64,000 nucleotides of DNA from Methanobacteriota archaeon (GTDB lineage: Archaea; Methanobacteriota; Methanobacteria; Methanobacteriales; Methanobacteriaceae), in contig CAWBCJ010000029.1 in assembly GCA_963787255.1 (NCBI GenBank), forward strand, positions 832,001 to 896,000, in the 5' to 3' direction. A model generated the notes under the pieces. That model did no database searches. It was not told the origin of the DNA and worked only from the letters and a program-made list of their open reading frames with translations. Below are positions 22,463 through 34,975 of the stretch, one piece after another. Within the stretch, counting starts at the first letter, position 1; the number at the start of each line of letters is the position of its first letter. The position numbers and the translations under genes are program-made.

Positions 22463-23377
22463 ATGGGGGCTTTTAATCTGGATATTGAAGAGCGAAAGAA
22501 ATTGGGCCGAAGGGCAGTATTCACGGCCATATTCGGAAATATTGGACTAACTATTTTCAATTTCGCTGTTGGAATTTTATCTGGAAGTACTGCACTTATT
22601 GCAGAATCAGCCCATACATTCTCTGACATTTTAACATCTACAATTACCTTCGTTGGATTTAGAATAAGCTTAAAACCACCAGACAGGCTTCATCCCTATG
22701 GTCATGGCCGTGCAGAACCTTTGGTAGGGCTTGTAATAGTTGTTTTTCTTGGAATCATTGCCTTTGAGATATTTTCTGAGGTTTATAAAAAAATCTTTTT
22801 AGGAGGTCCAATAACTCCTCCAGAAACAATAGCAGCGGGCATGGCACTTGTAGGTGTTTTTGTTAATTTAATAATGACCAATTATATGATGAAAACGGGT
22901 AAAAAAATAAACAGCCCGGCCATAATAGCAGATGCAAAACATCAGAAAGTGGACATATTTTCCAGTGCAGCCATTTTTGTGGGTGTAATCGGTGCACAGT
23001 TAGGATTTCCTATTTTAGACCCAATAGTGGCCATTTTTATAGCTATAATGGTTTTAAAGACAGCCTTTGATGTTGGAAGAGAAAATATAAATAATATATT
23101 GGGGACAGTGCCTTCAAAAGAAATTATAGACAATATTAAAGACTGAGCATTATCAGTTAATGGAGTTTTGGGCATTCATAATGTTAGAATAAATTATTTA
23201 GGACCTTATGCATCGGTAGAACTCCATGTTACTGTTGCGGAGGATTTAAGCTTAAAAGAAGCGCATGTAATAGCGCATAATGTTGAAGAAAAGATAGTTA
23301 AAGATGTTGAAGTTGTATCAATGGTTACAGTTCATGTTTGTCCTGATGGAGAAGATGATGAATTTTGTTTGGACTAA
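22463..23377 (+). CDS. Cation diffusion facilitator (FieF-like) with in-frame TGA at 23144-23146
   Basis: ESAHTFSD, HPYGHGRAE and HQKVD motifs; dimerisation domain continues in the same frame after the TGA. Confidence 0.88.
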
Positions 23378-23466
23378 TCTTTTTACTAAACAATTCTTTT
23401 TGGAAATATAAATTATAGAAATTAATTCCAGTATATTATTTATTTATTTTAAAACTAATTTATAAC

Positions 23467-24294
23467 ATGGAACCAATGGCACTGAAAAAGGAAATCTTAA
23501 AAAAGTGCAGAGAACTTCAAATACCTCTTGTAGGATTTGCACCAGTTAGTAGATGGGAAAATCCTCCTGAAGAACTTCCGAATAAATTTAATGAATGGAT
23601 TCCAAAGGATTTCTGGCCGCAGTCAATATATCCTGAAACTAAAACAGTGATTGTAATAGGATTACCTGTATCGCTTCCTATAGTTGAAACTGCCCCTTCA
23701 ATATATTATCACGAGCTTTACAATACGGTAAATAATGCTCTTGACTTGAAAGCTTATGAAATAGCTAATTTCTTGACTGATAAGGGTTATCCTTCAATCT
23801 ATGTTCCAAGGGACTGTTATGGAGACATTGAAGTGCTTCTTGAAAATCCATTTGCATTCTTTTCACACAAACATGCAGCATATCTTGCAGGTTTGGGATC
23901 TTTCGGGCAAAATAATGTTCTTTTAACTCCAGAATATGGTCCGAGGGTTAGATTTACTTCAATATTTACACAAGCGGAAATAGAGGGCGACCCCATAAAA
24001 ACTGAAGATTTATGCACAAAATGCCTTGCATGTGTTAAAGAATGTCCTGTTAATGCAATTAAGGAAGAAGGAGATTTTCCACCTCCTGTTGATAAAATAA
24101 GTTGTGCTCAAAGGAGTAAGAAGCTTCGAAAAGAGTTTAGATCACCTTGTGGAATCTGTATAAAAGTCTGTCCTGTTGGAGAAGATAGAAAAATGTTTAA
24201 TCGGGAAGATACATCCATATATGATGAAAATAAAACTCCGGAAATTTATAAAAAAGCATGGAAGCACGTAAGAAGTTATGGAAGTAAAAAATAA
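23467..24294 (+). CDS. QueG/epoxyqueuosine-reductase-like 4Fe-4S protein
   Basis: SHKHAAYLAGLG, GPRVRF, CxxCxxCxxxCP and CGICIKVCP motifs. Confidence 0.8.
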   Translation: MEPMALKKEILKKCRELQIPLVGFAPVSRWENPPEELPNKFNEWIPKDFWPQSIYPETKTVIVIGLPVSLPIVETAPSIYYHELYNTVNNALDLKAYEIANFLTDKGYPSIYVPRDCYGDIEVLLENPFAFFSHKHAAYLAGLGSFGQNNVLLTPEYGPRVRFTSIFTQAEIEGDPIKTEDLCTKCLACVKECPVNAIKEEGDFPPPVDKISCAQRSKKLRKEFRSPCGICIKVCPVGEDRKMFNREDTSIYDENKTPEIYKKAWKHVRSYGSKK

Positions 24295-24338
24295 AAATTT
24301 AAGATAATATCAAAAAGTAATTAAAAAACGGTGATTAC

Positions 24339-25518
24339 ATGGATAATTTATTTGCAGATAGAATGAATAATGTTCACAAATCATTTATCCGAGAAATACT
24401 AAAGGTTACTGAAGATAAGACCATCATTTCATTTGGTGGAGGTCTTCCAAATCCTAAATCATTTCCTGTAGAGGAGATAAACAAAGCATCATCTAAAGTT
24501 TTATCAAAAAATGGTGAAGAAATTCTTCAATATAGTACAACCGAAGGATATTTGCCATTGCGGGAATACATCGCAGAAAGATACTCAAAAAATGGATTAA
24601 AAGTCGATGCTGATGAAATATTGATTACAAACGGCTCACAGCAAGGAATTGACCTTGTTAGTAAGGTATTTTTAAATAAAGGAGATAAAGTTCTGGTTGA
24701 AAACCCAACATATCTTGCTGCAATACAATCTTTTGGGTTATTTGAGCCTGAATTTAAATCAGTTCCCTTGATGGAGGATGGAGCAGACATTGATGTTCTT
24801 AAAAAGGATATTTGATGAAAATAAAATAAAACTTTTCTATTCAGTCACAAATTTCCAGAATCCAACAGGAATTACTTATTCCAAGGAAAAGAGACAGAAA
24901 TTAGCTGAAATCCTTAAAAATGAGGATACAATTTTTGTAGAAGATAATCCATATGGAGAAATAAGATTCATAGGAGAAGATATCCTTCCAGTTAAAGCCT
25001 ATCTTGAAAAGGGCATTCTTTTCGGTTCATTCTCCAAAATTGTATCTCCAGGAATGAGATTAGGTTGGATTGTTGCAAATGAAGAAATTATGGATAAAAT
25101 AATCATTGCAAAACAGGCATCAGACCTTCATTCTAATTATTTCACCCAGAGAGTTGTTTATCAGTATCTAATTGATAATAACGTTGATGAACACATTGAA
25201 AAGATAAAAGAGATGTACAGAAATCAGAGAAACTTGATGGTTTCAATGATAGAAGAGCATTTTCCAGAAGGTGTTGAATATACTAAGCCTGAAGGTGGAA
25301 TGTTTTTGTGGGTTACTCTTCCTGAAGGATTATCTTCAACAGAATTATTTAACATTGCAATTAAAGAAAACGTGGCATTTGTTCCAGGTAAGGCTTTTTT
25401 CACTGATGGAAGGGGAGATAACACATTGAGACTTAACTTTTCCAATTCAGATGAAGAAAGAATAGAAGAAGGTATTAAAAGGCTTGGAAAGGCCATTTAT
25501 GAGTTAATGGATAGATAA
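24339..25518 (+). CDS. PLP-dependent aminotransferase (MocR/LysN-like); frameshift near 24805
   Basis: ISFGGGLP, NFQNPTG, EDNPY and SFSKIVSPGMRLGW motifs. Confidence 0.88.
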
Positions 25519-25554
25519 TATTTTCATTTATTGAAAATTAAAGGTTTTAATAAT

Positions 25555-26466
25555 ATGAAGACTATAATAAAAGCCAAGGAACCTTATAATTTTGATTTAA
25601 GTTGCAGGATTTTTTCTGATGGTGATCCTCAAATCCGTAAATACGAAAAAATGGAATTCTGGCAAGTTTTGAGGGTAAATAATAAATTGATCCATATCAG
25701 CGTAAAATCTTCAGGAAATGTTGATAAACCAGAATTAGTCTTTGAATTAAAATCCAATGGAAATATTTCGGATGAAGATAAAGAGCTTACCTTAAAAATC
25801 GTTTCCAATATTTTCAACATGGATTTTGATCTTTCATTTTTTTATGAATCTGTGAAAAATGATAAAATCATGTTTAAATTGACTAAACGGCTTTTTGGAC
25901 TTAAAACTCCTACTACACCCACGGTTTTTGAAGCATTAGTTGATTCAATAGTGGAGCAACAGATATCTTTGAAGGCGGCTCACAGTATTGAAAGGAGAAT
26001 TATCAAAACATTTGGAAGTACTTTAAACATAGGAAGCCATATTTATTATGCATTTCCAACACCTGATCAATTAAATAATGCACCGGAAGATCAACTTCGT
26101 GGATGCGGCTTAAGTTTTAGGAAGATAGAGTACATAAAGAGTATATCAAAACTCATCGTAGAAGGAAAATTGGATTTAGAGAAATTCAAAGAGTATGAAA
26201 ACATAGATCAAATAATCGATGAACTTTGCAAAATAAGAGGAATAGGGCTTTGGACAGCAGAATTGACAATAATTAGGGGACTAAACAGGCTTGATTCGTT
26301 TCCTGCAGATGACATAGGGATTAGAAGGGTTATTTCACATTATTATTGTGATGATAGAAAGATTTCAAGTGATGAAGCACGTAAAATAGCTGAAAACTGG
26401 GGAAAATGGAAAGGATTGGCCAGTTTTTATTTAATTATTGCTGAAATGACCAATATCACAATTTAA
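25555..26466 (+). CDS. alkA: DNA-3-methyladenine glycosylase II (HhH-GPD family)
   Basis: VEQQIS, FPTP, IRGIGLWTA (HhH) and FPADD motifs. Confidence 0.88.
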   Translation: MKTIIKAKEPYNFDLSCRIFSDGDPQIRKYEKMEFWQVLRVNNKLIHISVKSSGNVDKPELVFELKSNGNISDEDKELTLKIVSNIFNMDFDLSFFYESVKNDKIMFKLTKRLFGLKTPTTPTVFEALVDSIVEQQISLKAAHSIERRIIKTFGSTLNIGSHIYYAFPTPDQLNNAPEDQLRGCGLSFRKIEYIKSISKLIVEGKLDLEKFKEYENIDQIIDELCKIRGIGLWTAELTIIRGLNRLDSFPADDIGIRRVISHYYCDDRKISSDEARKIAENWGKWKGLASFYLIIAEMTNITI

Positions 26467-26487
26467 AAAGAAAAAAAGAATCTTTAG

Positions 26488-27030
26488 TTAAACACTTTTT
26501 GGTATATTTGAATCAATAATCTCTTCTTCAGCCAGTTTACCATTTTTAGTCATATTATAAGCTATTAAAAGACATATTAGAATTATTGGAATTAATATGT
26601 CAATGTATAGTGCATAACCAGCATTTCCTGGTGCCATATTTCCTGTCTGCATTATATTTACTATATGAACGTAAGCAGCTCCAAAATAGAATACAGATAT
26701 AGCTATTACAGTCGCTGTCTGGAAATTATCTCTGAATTTCCAGCATAAAATTCCTAAAATTCCGTAGGATAGATTTGCAATTCCAACTTCTAACTGGAAT
26801 GGATTGCCTGCAGGCCAACCTATCATAGCGGCAATGGTATTTGACATAAATACATGACCTATAAAGGCCCATATTGAGCCAATTCCAACAATTATCAATA
26901 AAAACCACAGTAAAAACACTTCAAAAACTCTGTTTTTTGTTTTAGGCGCTTTACTTAAAAATAAATGTAACACAGCACCAATCAATGTTATTAGTATAAA
27001 AATATATATCATATCCATTATATGAACCAC
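26488..27030 (-). CDS. Uncharacterised membrane protein (DUF6790-like)
   Basis: GH......A..IGWP..PFQLEVG and PGNAG motifs; several TM helices. Confidence 0.7.
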   Translation of the reverse strand: MVHIMDMIYIFILITLIGAVLHLFLSKAPKTKNRVFEVFLLWFLLIIVGIGSIWAFIGHVFMSNTIAAMIGWPAGNPFQLEVGIANLSYGILGILCWKFRDNFQTATVIAISVFYFGAAYVHIVNIMQTGNMAPGNAGYALYIDILIPIILICLLIAYNMTKNGKLAEEEIIDSNIPKSV

Positions 27031-27185
27031 CCTATGCGTATTTAAATCTATTAGAGTCTATATAATGGGGATATATAAATGTTTATAAAAATAGTTAATT
27101 AAAATGTAATTTTACTTCCGCTGCCCAAAAATTTTATATTTTAAAGTGAGGATTCTTGGTAAGCTTTTTTAAAGAAAAGTTTGAG

Positions 27186-27270
<85 letters not shown>

Positions 27271-27367
27271 AAATGAATTATAAAAGTCAGTAAAAAAGAT
27301 GATTGTTTTTGATTGTTTATAATAGTTTGGTTTTCTTCCTTAAAATGATTTGTTTTTTTATAAAAAT

Positions 27368-27676
<309 letters not shown>

Positions 27677-27812
27677 TAATAGGTATTGTTATTATACTAT
27701 TTGAACCTTTTGATCAGATTATTTTTATTTCAGCTATTCTGAATATTATATGATTTAAAATCTTTTTTTTATTCCTTAATTTTAACTTAACTAGAATTCA
27801 TAATTAATAGAT

Positions 27813-28796
27813 ATGGAATGGTTGCTGATAATTGGAGTTATTACCGGTGTTTATTTAGCAAGTAACATTGGAGCTAATGACATTGGAAATTCTATGGGAA
27901 CTGCTGTAGGAAGCGGCGTTATTAAAATGAGGCAGGCCCTAATAGTAGGGGCTATATTCATGTTCATTGGCGCAGTTTTTTTAAGCAGCAATGTCATAAA
28001 AACCATATCTGGAGGAATAGTTGATACATCATTTATAACTCCTATTGGGGCAGTAATAGCTACTTTAACTGCAGGATTATGGGTAAGTATTTCTATTTTG
28101 AGAAAGACACCAGTTTCGGGAAGCCATTCAATGGTTGGGGCGATTTTTGGCTATGGTCTTGTTTATGCAGGTTTAAATCATATAAAATGGGACTCTTTGT
28201 TGATTATAGGGTTAAGCTGGATTGCATCACCATTATTAGGTGCTTTAATTGGATTTATATTTTATTATTCTTTAAGAACTCTCATACTTGAAAAAGTCAG
28301 AAGCATATCTGTAAGTGGTAGAATTGAGAAGATTTTTTCTTATCTACAAATTTTTAGTTCTTGTTTCGCTGCTTTAGGAATAGGTGCTATTGATATTGCT
28401 GCTGCAACAGGAGTAATGATTGCAGTAGTTGGAACAAGTTCAGGTACAGATATAAAACTTTTAGGTGCTTTGGGACTTGTTGCAGGTATATTAGTTGCAG
28501 GGAATAGAATTGTTGGCACCGTTGGGAAAAGAATAACTAATTTGGTCCCTACAAGAGGAGTTTCGGCCCAAATATCTGCAGCATCGGTTATTTTAACATT
28601 CGCGTTTTTAGGAATGCCTATATCTCCAACTCAAACACTTGTTGGTTCTGTAATTGGAGTGGGTCTTGCAAGAAGAACCCGTGACGTTGGTGGAGATGTA
28701 ATAAAACAAATTTTATCATCATGGCTGCTTACATTTCCTATTTGTGCTGTAATATCTGGAATTCTTTACTTTATCATATCTACTTTAGTCGGCTAA
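27813..28796 (+). CDS. PiT-family inorganic phosphate transporter
   Basis: GANDIGNSMGTAVGSG, PVSGSHS and PISPTQ motifs. Confidence 0.9.
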   Translation: MEWLLIIGVITGVYLASNIGANDIGNSMGTAVGSGVIKMRQALIVGAIFMFIGAVFLSSNVIKTISGGIVDTSFITPIGAVIATLTAGLWVSISILRKTPVSGSHSMVGAIFGYGLVYAGLNHIKWDSLLIIGLSWIASPLLGALIGFIFYYSLRTLILEKVRSISVSGRIEKIFSYLQIFSSCFAALGIGAIDIAAATGVMIAVVGTSSGTDIKLLGALGLVAGILVAGNRIVGTVGKRITNLVPTRGVSAQISAASVILTFAFLGMPISPTQTLVGSVIGVGLARRTRDVGGDVIKQILSSWLLTFPICAVISGILYFIISTLVG

Positions 28797-28866
28797 GCAC
28801 TAATGGAATTGTTATGCTAAAAATATATTTAAAATGGTATTTTAGGGCTAAAAATGAATATTTTTT

Positions 28867-29262
28867 TTAATCTTTTATGGCCCTTATAATGTCGCCGTCA
28901 GAAATTATGCCCTTTATTTTTTTATCATCAATAACAATCAGCTGATTAACTATACCTTCATCTGTACCATGTTCGTTCATTTTTTCAACTGCAGTACGTA
29001 AATTATCTTCTGGCTCTACGCAGGCAATATTGGTTACCATCACTTCTGCAACAGTTGTTCCCAGCTCATATTTGTCAAGTATTAGGTTATGTCCTAGGTC
29101 TGTTGCTGTTACGATACCTATTAATTTTTCATTGTCAACTACTGGAAGAGCGCTTACCTTGTATTTCATTAATTTTTCAAAGGCGAAAACAACGTCTTCA
29201 TCTGGAGAAACGGTTATAACGTTCTCAGTCATCACTTCTTTAACTTTCTGTTTCTCTAACAT
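28867..29262 (-). CDS. CBS-pair domain protein
   Basis: Two CBS repeats (VKEVMT...GIVTATDL; VAEVM...GIISDGDI). Confidence 0.9.
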   Translation of the reverse strand: MLEKQKVKEVMTENVITVSPDEDVVFAFEKLMKYKVSALPVVDNEKLIGIVTATDLGHNLILDKYELGTTVAEVMVTNIACVEPEDNLRTAVEKMNEHGTDEGIVNQLIVIDDKKIKGIISDGDIIRAIKD

Positions 29263-30163
29263 CTTCTTCACTTCCATAAGTTTTGGTAAGATTTTCTATT
29301 ATGCAATCAATTGTCGTAGTAACGTCTATATTTTCAATAACTGGAATATCGTATTTTTGTGCCTGACTTTCAAAGTATTTGTGGGTTCTTCTTATTGCTC
29401 CAAAGTAATTCATGTATCGTTTAAGAGGTCTTCGAGCCCATAGTTGTCTGCATCTTGAATAGAATCTTCCTTTATGAACTTCTTCATCAGGTAGGGTTAG
29501 AATAAACATTGCAACATTATGCTTGTTTACAAGGTCTTCATTAATAAAACCGGGCACTATGTGAACGCCCTCTATTACTATGCTGATTCCTTCCTTTAAA
29601 GCTCTTTCAATTACTGCTTCTACGCCTACACTAACTGTATCAACGTGGTCTCTAAATCCAATAAGAACTTCATCAAGCTCTGGTGGCGGTGGTATCCTTA
29701 AAGATTTATAGGCAGTATAACTTGATTCGAATATGGTTGGCAGCAGTTCTTTTGATACCATTTTACGCATAACTTCTCTTATGATATCAGTACTGGTCAT
29801 ATTCCTTATTCCAAGCCGATTCGCCACTTCAAAAGCGATTGATGAAGTTCCAACTCCAGAAGCGCCCCCTATAAGTATAATCAGAGGTTCTCTGCACTTT
29901 CGAATCCTTCTCCACAAACCGTACTTTTCAGCAATTTCTTCATCTTCTCTTTTTAATTTTGAACGGACAATGCCAATCAAATCTTCCAGACTGATAATTT
30001 CAATGCCTTTTTTTCTTAAATGGTCTTCTATTTGAGATGCAAATGTATATGCCTTGTTTGGGTCCATTTCTGCACGAGTTAAAGATCTTGCCAGGACTCC
30101 TTTAGAAAAGGGTTCAGTGTACTTTTTCCCGCTAACTTCGCCTTCCACCATTATCATTTTCAA
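29240..30163 (-). CDS. pgk2: 2-phosphoglycerate kinase (ATP-cone plus P-loop)
   Basis: [15 protein letters not shown]-cone; GGASGVGTS; IEGVH. Confidence 0.92.
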   Translation of the reverse strand: MKMIMVEGEVSGKKYTEPFSKGVLARSLTRAEMDPNKAYTFASQIEDHLRKKGIEIISLEDLIGIVRSKLKREDEEIAEKYGLWRRIRKCREPLIILIGGASGVGTSSIAFEVANRLGIRNMTSTDIIREVMRKMVSKELLPTIFESSYTAYKSLRIPPPPELDEVLIGFRDHVDTVSVGVEAVIERALKEGISIVIEGVHIVPGFINEDLVNKHNVAMFILTLPDEEVHKGRFYSRCRQLWARRPLKRYMNYFGAIRRTHKYFESQAQKYDIPVIENIDVTTTIDCIIENLTKTYGSEEDVRETES

Positions 30164-30395
30164 TTTTTCACCCCAAATAGAACGATGAATTTGAGTTAAA
30201 TTTATATTTTCTTATTTTTATAAAAACTTAGCTCATTTAATTTTAAATTCAGACTGTTATTATATTGTAAGTCAAATGAGGGTCTGCATAATTGCATGTT
30301 ACATTTTTTAATTTTTAGATTATTACTTTAAATAGTTATACTATTTTCAGTTTGGATGATTTAAATTTCTTTTTTTACCAGATTAAGAAATATCC

Positions 30396-31064
30396 TTAAA
30401 GATGTATAAGTTCTGTAGATATTTTGAATTTCCCAGTTTCTTCATGTATTTCTACAATGCCTGCATATCCCTGGGAAGATTCTCCAGGATTTATAATGAT
30501 AGTATCCCCTATTTTATCAATTGCCCTTGATTCATGTATATGTCCACATACATTCAACGTTGGCTGAAATTCTTCTATTATTTTTCTGACACTTTCACTT
30601 CCTGCATGGCTGCCTGAAGGTAAAACATCTGTTTTAGTGTTATATGGGGGTGCGTGAGTAACAAGTATCCTTATTTCTTCATTTTCTATCTCACTCATTA
30701 ATTTCTCAAGCTGACCGTATATCTGTATTTCAGCAAATTCCAGAGGTGTGTTGAAAGGTGTTGTATTTGAACCTCCAAAACCACATATACCTATATTTTT
30801 CAGTATTAATGATTTATTATGTATGTTGACAGCATTGGAACTTTCTATTTCGCTATAAATGTATGTCTGGTCGCAATTACCAGGTATGGCCAGAGTAAGA
30901 GTATCAAAGATACATATTTCGTTTAATATTTCTTCCCCTAATTTTTCAGGCCCAAAATGGGTTATGTCTCCGGTTAATATGATGAGGTCCACTTGATTTT
31001 TTTGGAGGTAATTAACTATTTTCATGCATTGTCCGTGTATGTCTCCCATTATAAGAATTTTCAT
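30396..31064 (-). CDS. Calcineurin-like metallophosphoesterase
   Basis: DIHG, GDIT, GNCD, THAPP and GHIHE motifs. Confidence 0.92.
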   Translation of the reverse strand: MKILIMGDIHGQCMKIVNYLQKNQVDLIILTGDITHFGPEKLGEEILNEICIFDTLTLAIPGNCDQTYIYSEIESSNAVNIHNKSLILKNIGICGFGGSNTTPFNTPLEFAEIQIYGQLEKLMSEIENEEIRILVTHAPPYNTKTDVLPSGSHAGSESVRKIIEEFQPTLNVCGHIHESRAIDKIGDTIIINPGESSQGYAGIVEIHEETGKFKISTELIHL

Positions 31065-31148
31065 GTAAAAATCTCCTTGATTTAAAATAAAAATTTTATA
31101 TAATACATTAAATGTAAAAAAAGGGATTGGAAACAATTCCATTGTTGT

Positions 31149-31676
31149 CTATTCGCTGAAAAATGAAGCTATTTCCTTTAAACTTTCTTTAACAGCGTCT
31201 TTATCCCCATAAATTGCAACCACGTCATCTTCTTCAAATTCAATTATAACACCGTGGGTTTCTGCAATGTCGTTTAGTCTTTCTTCAGATAATGGTTCTT
31301 TGAAAGTTACTCTAACCATTGAAAAACCTGCAGGAGCCCCAACCACAAATCTGGGTGATGTTTCTTCTTTTTCAACTACTTTTTCTCCCCTTGAAGCTCT
31401 TATAAGCTTCTGTAACCACTCTTCTTTATATTCAATGCCAACTTCTTCTGCAATATCCAGTAGAGTATCCTGAATTGAATTTGAGAAGTCATTAATTCTT
31501 TTCAGTTCTTTCATCATTTCAGGGTTGGTTGGATCAGAAGCATAGAAATTTATGGTACTTTTAGCTAACCTAACATTTTTAGGTACTTCTTCTGGAATTT
31601 CCATTCCTTTCTTTCGCAAGTCAGTTAGAAGGTCTACTAGAATCAACCATGTTTGTTCTACTGGTAAATCGTTCAT
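31149..31676 (-). CDS. DUF2096 methanogen-conserved protein
   Basis: PVEQTWLILVDLLTDL N-terminus; downstream of hdrCB. Confidence 0.75.
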   Translation of the reverse strand: MNDLPVEQTWLILVDLLTDLRKKGMEIPEEVPKNVRLAKSTINFYASDPTNPEMMKELKRINDFSNSIQDTLLDIAEEVGIEYKEEWLQKLIRASRGEKVVEKEETSPRFVVGAPAGFSMVRVTFKEPLSEERLNDIAETHGVIIEFEEDDVVAIYGDKDAVKESLKEIASFFSE

Positions 31677-31939
31677 AAATGTCCTTCCAGTATTTTTTTA
31701 GTGTTATAATTTAGTTTAGCGTCAGCTTCTTTCAATTCGTTCTCTATTTCGGTAATATCTTTGTAAGAATTCAGTAATAGAGCGTGGTGACTTTGTGTAC
31801 CCTTTATGTTTAAAATTGCGATTTCTTCATTTTCATCTATGTCTTTATTTTCAAGTGAAGCCTTATATCTTACATAGGGGCCATATTCTTGAGGTAACTC
31901 TTCAAATTTAAATATTCCAACCAATGTAGCAATGAACAT
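31673..31939 (-). CDS. DUF749 protein
   Basis: MFIATL...YGPYV...ILNIKGTQS...KILEG pattern. Confidence 0.75.
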   Translation of the reverse strand: MFIATLVGIFKFEELPQEYGPYVRYKASLENKDIDENEEIAILNIKGTQSHHALLLNSYKDITEIENELKEADAKLNYNTKKILEGHL

Positions 31940-32248
31940 AAAAACACCTCGAAACTAATTTTTTTCAAAAAATTTTACTAATTCTAGTTTAAATATATAA
32001 TTTCAAAATATTTAAAATTTTATAAAAAGTTAATCAGTTGATTAAAGACTTAGCACCATTTTTAGGAATAAAACTGCTTTTTAATAGTTAGATATTATAA
32101 ATAAAAGATTGATATGCACTTAAATATTTAAATAGGATTTGAATTAAATAAATTCTAAAAAATAGTCATAAATAATTGCTTAAATTTTAAAATACAGAAA
32201 ATTAATTTCTAATTTATATTTTTAAAAATAAAATTAAAGGGAGAATAT

Positions 32249-33172
<924 letters not shown>

Positions 33173-33185
33173 TTTTAATTCCTCC

Positions 33186-34103
33186 TTATTCTAATTCCCC
33201 GGTTTCCCAGTTGTATCCAATTAAACTGTCAAATCCAGTTTTTTTGAGTACTGTTCGTACTTCTTCTAGCGCTTCTGGGTATTCGTGGGTTGTTGGTGGT
33301 AATTCGTTTAATCCAACTCTCTTTCGGAGAGCCATTGTAGCATCGTTTATAGGCACACCGTGTCCGGTTTTTAATACGTATGTTCCGGTCATTTTGTGTG
33401 CTTGTGCCATTTTTCCTGCCTGGGATTGCATGTTTCTTATTGTTTTAACAACATCTACAATTGCAACGCCTCTTGGGCATCTTTCCTGGCATGCGTAGCA
33501 TGTAACACATTCCCATATTGTATCGTCTTCCATTACTTCGTTTTTAAGTCCCATAAGGGATTTTCTTATGATACTTCTTATTCTGTAAGGGGTCCTCTTT
33601 CCAGATGGACATGATCCGGTACATGTTCCGCACTGGTAGCATAAAGCTACTGTTTCTGCACCAGCGTCTATGATGCTTTGTTTAAATGTTGGATCTACAT
33701 CTTCAGCAACTACTAGATTTTCATCTTTATTGAGTAAACTCATATTTACACTTCCTTTGGTTTTGGGTTCTTCTTTTTTGGCTTCTTCCACGACTTCGGT
33801 TTCAGGTTCTGCTTCTTCTGGAGCTTTGATTTCTTCGGTTTTCTCTTCTACAGCAGCTTCAGCCTTAACTTCATCTATTGCAGGTTTTTCTTCCACTGGA
33901 GCTTCAGTTTCAACTTCAGCTTCTGTGGCTGGTTTTTCTACAACAGGTTCTTCTTTAGCTTCTTCAACTGCAGGTGCGGCATCGGGGTTTGTCTCTGCTT
34001 CAAGGTTTCCTGATACTTCAGGGGTTCCTGTTTCAGTGGGTTTATCTTTTTTTTCTGCCTCTTCCCCAGTTAAAAAGTCTTTCAAACGTTTTAGTACACT
34101 CAT
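33186..34103 (-). CDS. hdrC: Heterodisulfide reductase subunit C with 120-aa N-terminal extension
   Basis: CYQCGTCTGSCP and CVTCYACQERCP; directly upstream of hdrB. Confidence 0.95.
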   Translation of the reverse strand: MSVLKRLKDFLTGEEAEKKDKPTETGTPEVSGNLEAETNPDAAPAVEEAKEEPVVEKPATEAEVETEAPVEEKPAIDEVKAEAAVEEKTEEIKAPEEAEPETEVVEEAKKEEPKTKGSVNMSLLNKDENLVVAEDVDPTFKQSIIDAGAETVALCYQCGTCTGSCPSGKRTPYRIRSIIRKSLMGLKNEVMEDDTIWECVTCYACQERCPRGVAIVDVVKTIRNMQSQAGKMAQAHKMTGTYVLKTGHGVPINDATMALRKRVGLNELPPTTHEYPEALEEVRTVLKKTGFDSLIGYNWETGELE

Positions 34104-34308
34104 TCTTTTTCACACCATTAAAAAACTGGTTTATGTGAAAACTTATACATTTTCATACCTAGGTTGATGATCTCATTATATATACATTGCGGAATTTTTG
34201 TCTAGTGTAACCTTTTTGATGACACATAATTTAATGAATATATAAACAATTTCAAAACTAAAGATATTGCGAACAATTACGTATTTAAAACTTAAAAAGT
34301 AAAGGGAA

Positions 34309-34872
34309 ATGCACATGAACAATAAAAAGGAAAATCAAAGTAAATCTAAGATAAAAGATATAAATAAGTATTTACCCTCTTTAATCACGTCATTACGCCT
34401 CATATTTTTGCCTTTGTTTTTATATGTATTCCTTCTTGATTTAAAAACACTATCATTTATAATATTTCTGTCTTTATCATTAACTGATGTGCTGGATGGT
34501 TATCTGGCAAGAAAAATGAATTTATCATCTTCCATGGGAGCATACTTTGATACTGCAGCTGATTTTATCCTTATTTTAGCTACCTTTACATCTTTTGTTA
34601 TAAAAGGAATTTATCCTTCATGGATATTATTTTTAATAATTTTAATGTTTTTACAGTTCATTTTAACTTCAAAAATGAGGATGCCAATGTATGATCCTAT
34701 CGGTAAATATTTTGGAACCATTTTATTCGGAGCAGCTTTAATAACACTAATCACTGAAAATATGCTATTATATAATTCCATAGCTTCATTTATCCTTTTA
34801 TTCGCAGTTATATCTTTATTAAGCCGTTATATATTTTTATTTCTTCAATGGAGAAAATCAAAAAAATACTAA
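34309..34872 (+). CDS. CDP-alcohol phosphatidyltransferase family protein
   Basis: DVLDGYLARK...GAYFDTAAD signature. Confidence 0.9.
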   Translation: MHMNNKKENQSKSKIKDINKYLPSLITSLRLIFLPLFLYVFLLDLKTLSFIIFLSLSLTDVLDGYLARKMNLSSSMGAYFDTAADFILILATFTSFVIKGIYPSWILFLIILMFLQFILTSKMRMPMYDPIGKYFGTILFGAALITLITENMLLYNSIASFILLFAVISLLSRYIFLFLQWRKSKKY

Positions 34873-34975
34873 ATCCAAAAAAAAGTTTATTAAACAGTTT
34901 TCAAACAATAACTGCGTTAATCAAAATATTAAATAGACTTTTATTCCATAAAATTTATAGATACTATTAATAATT

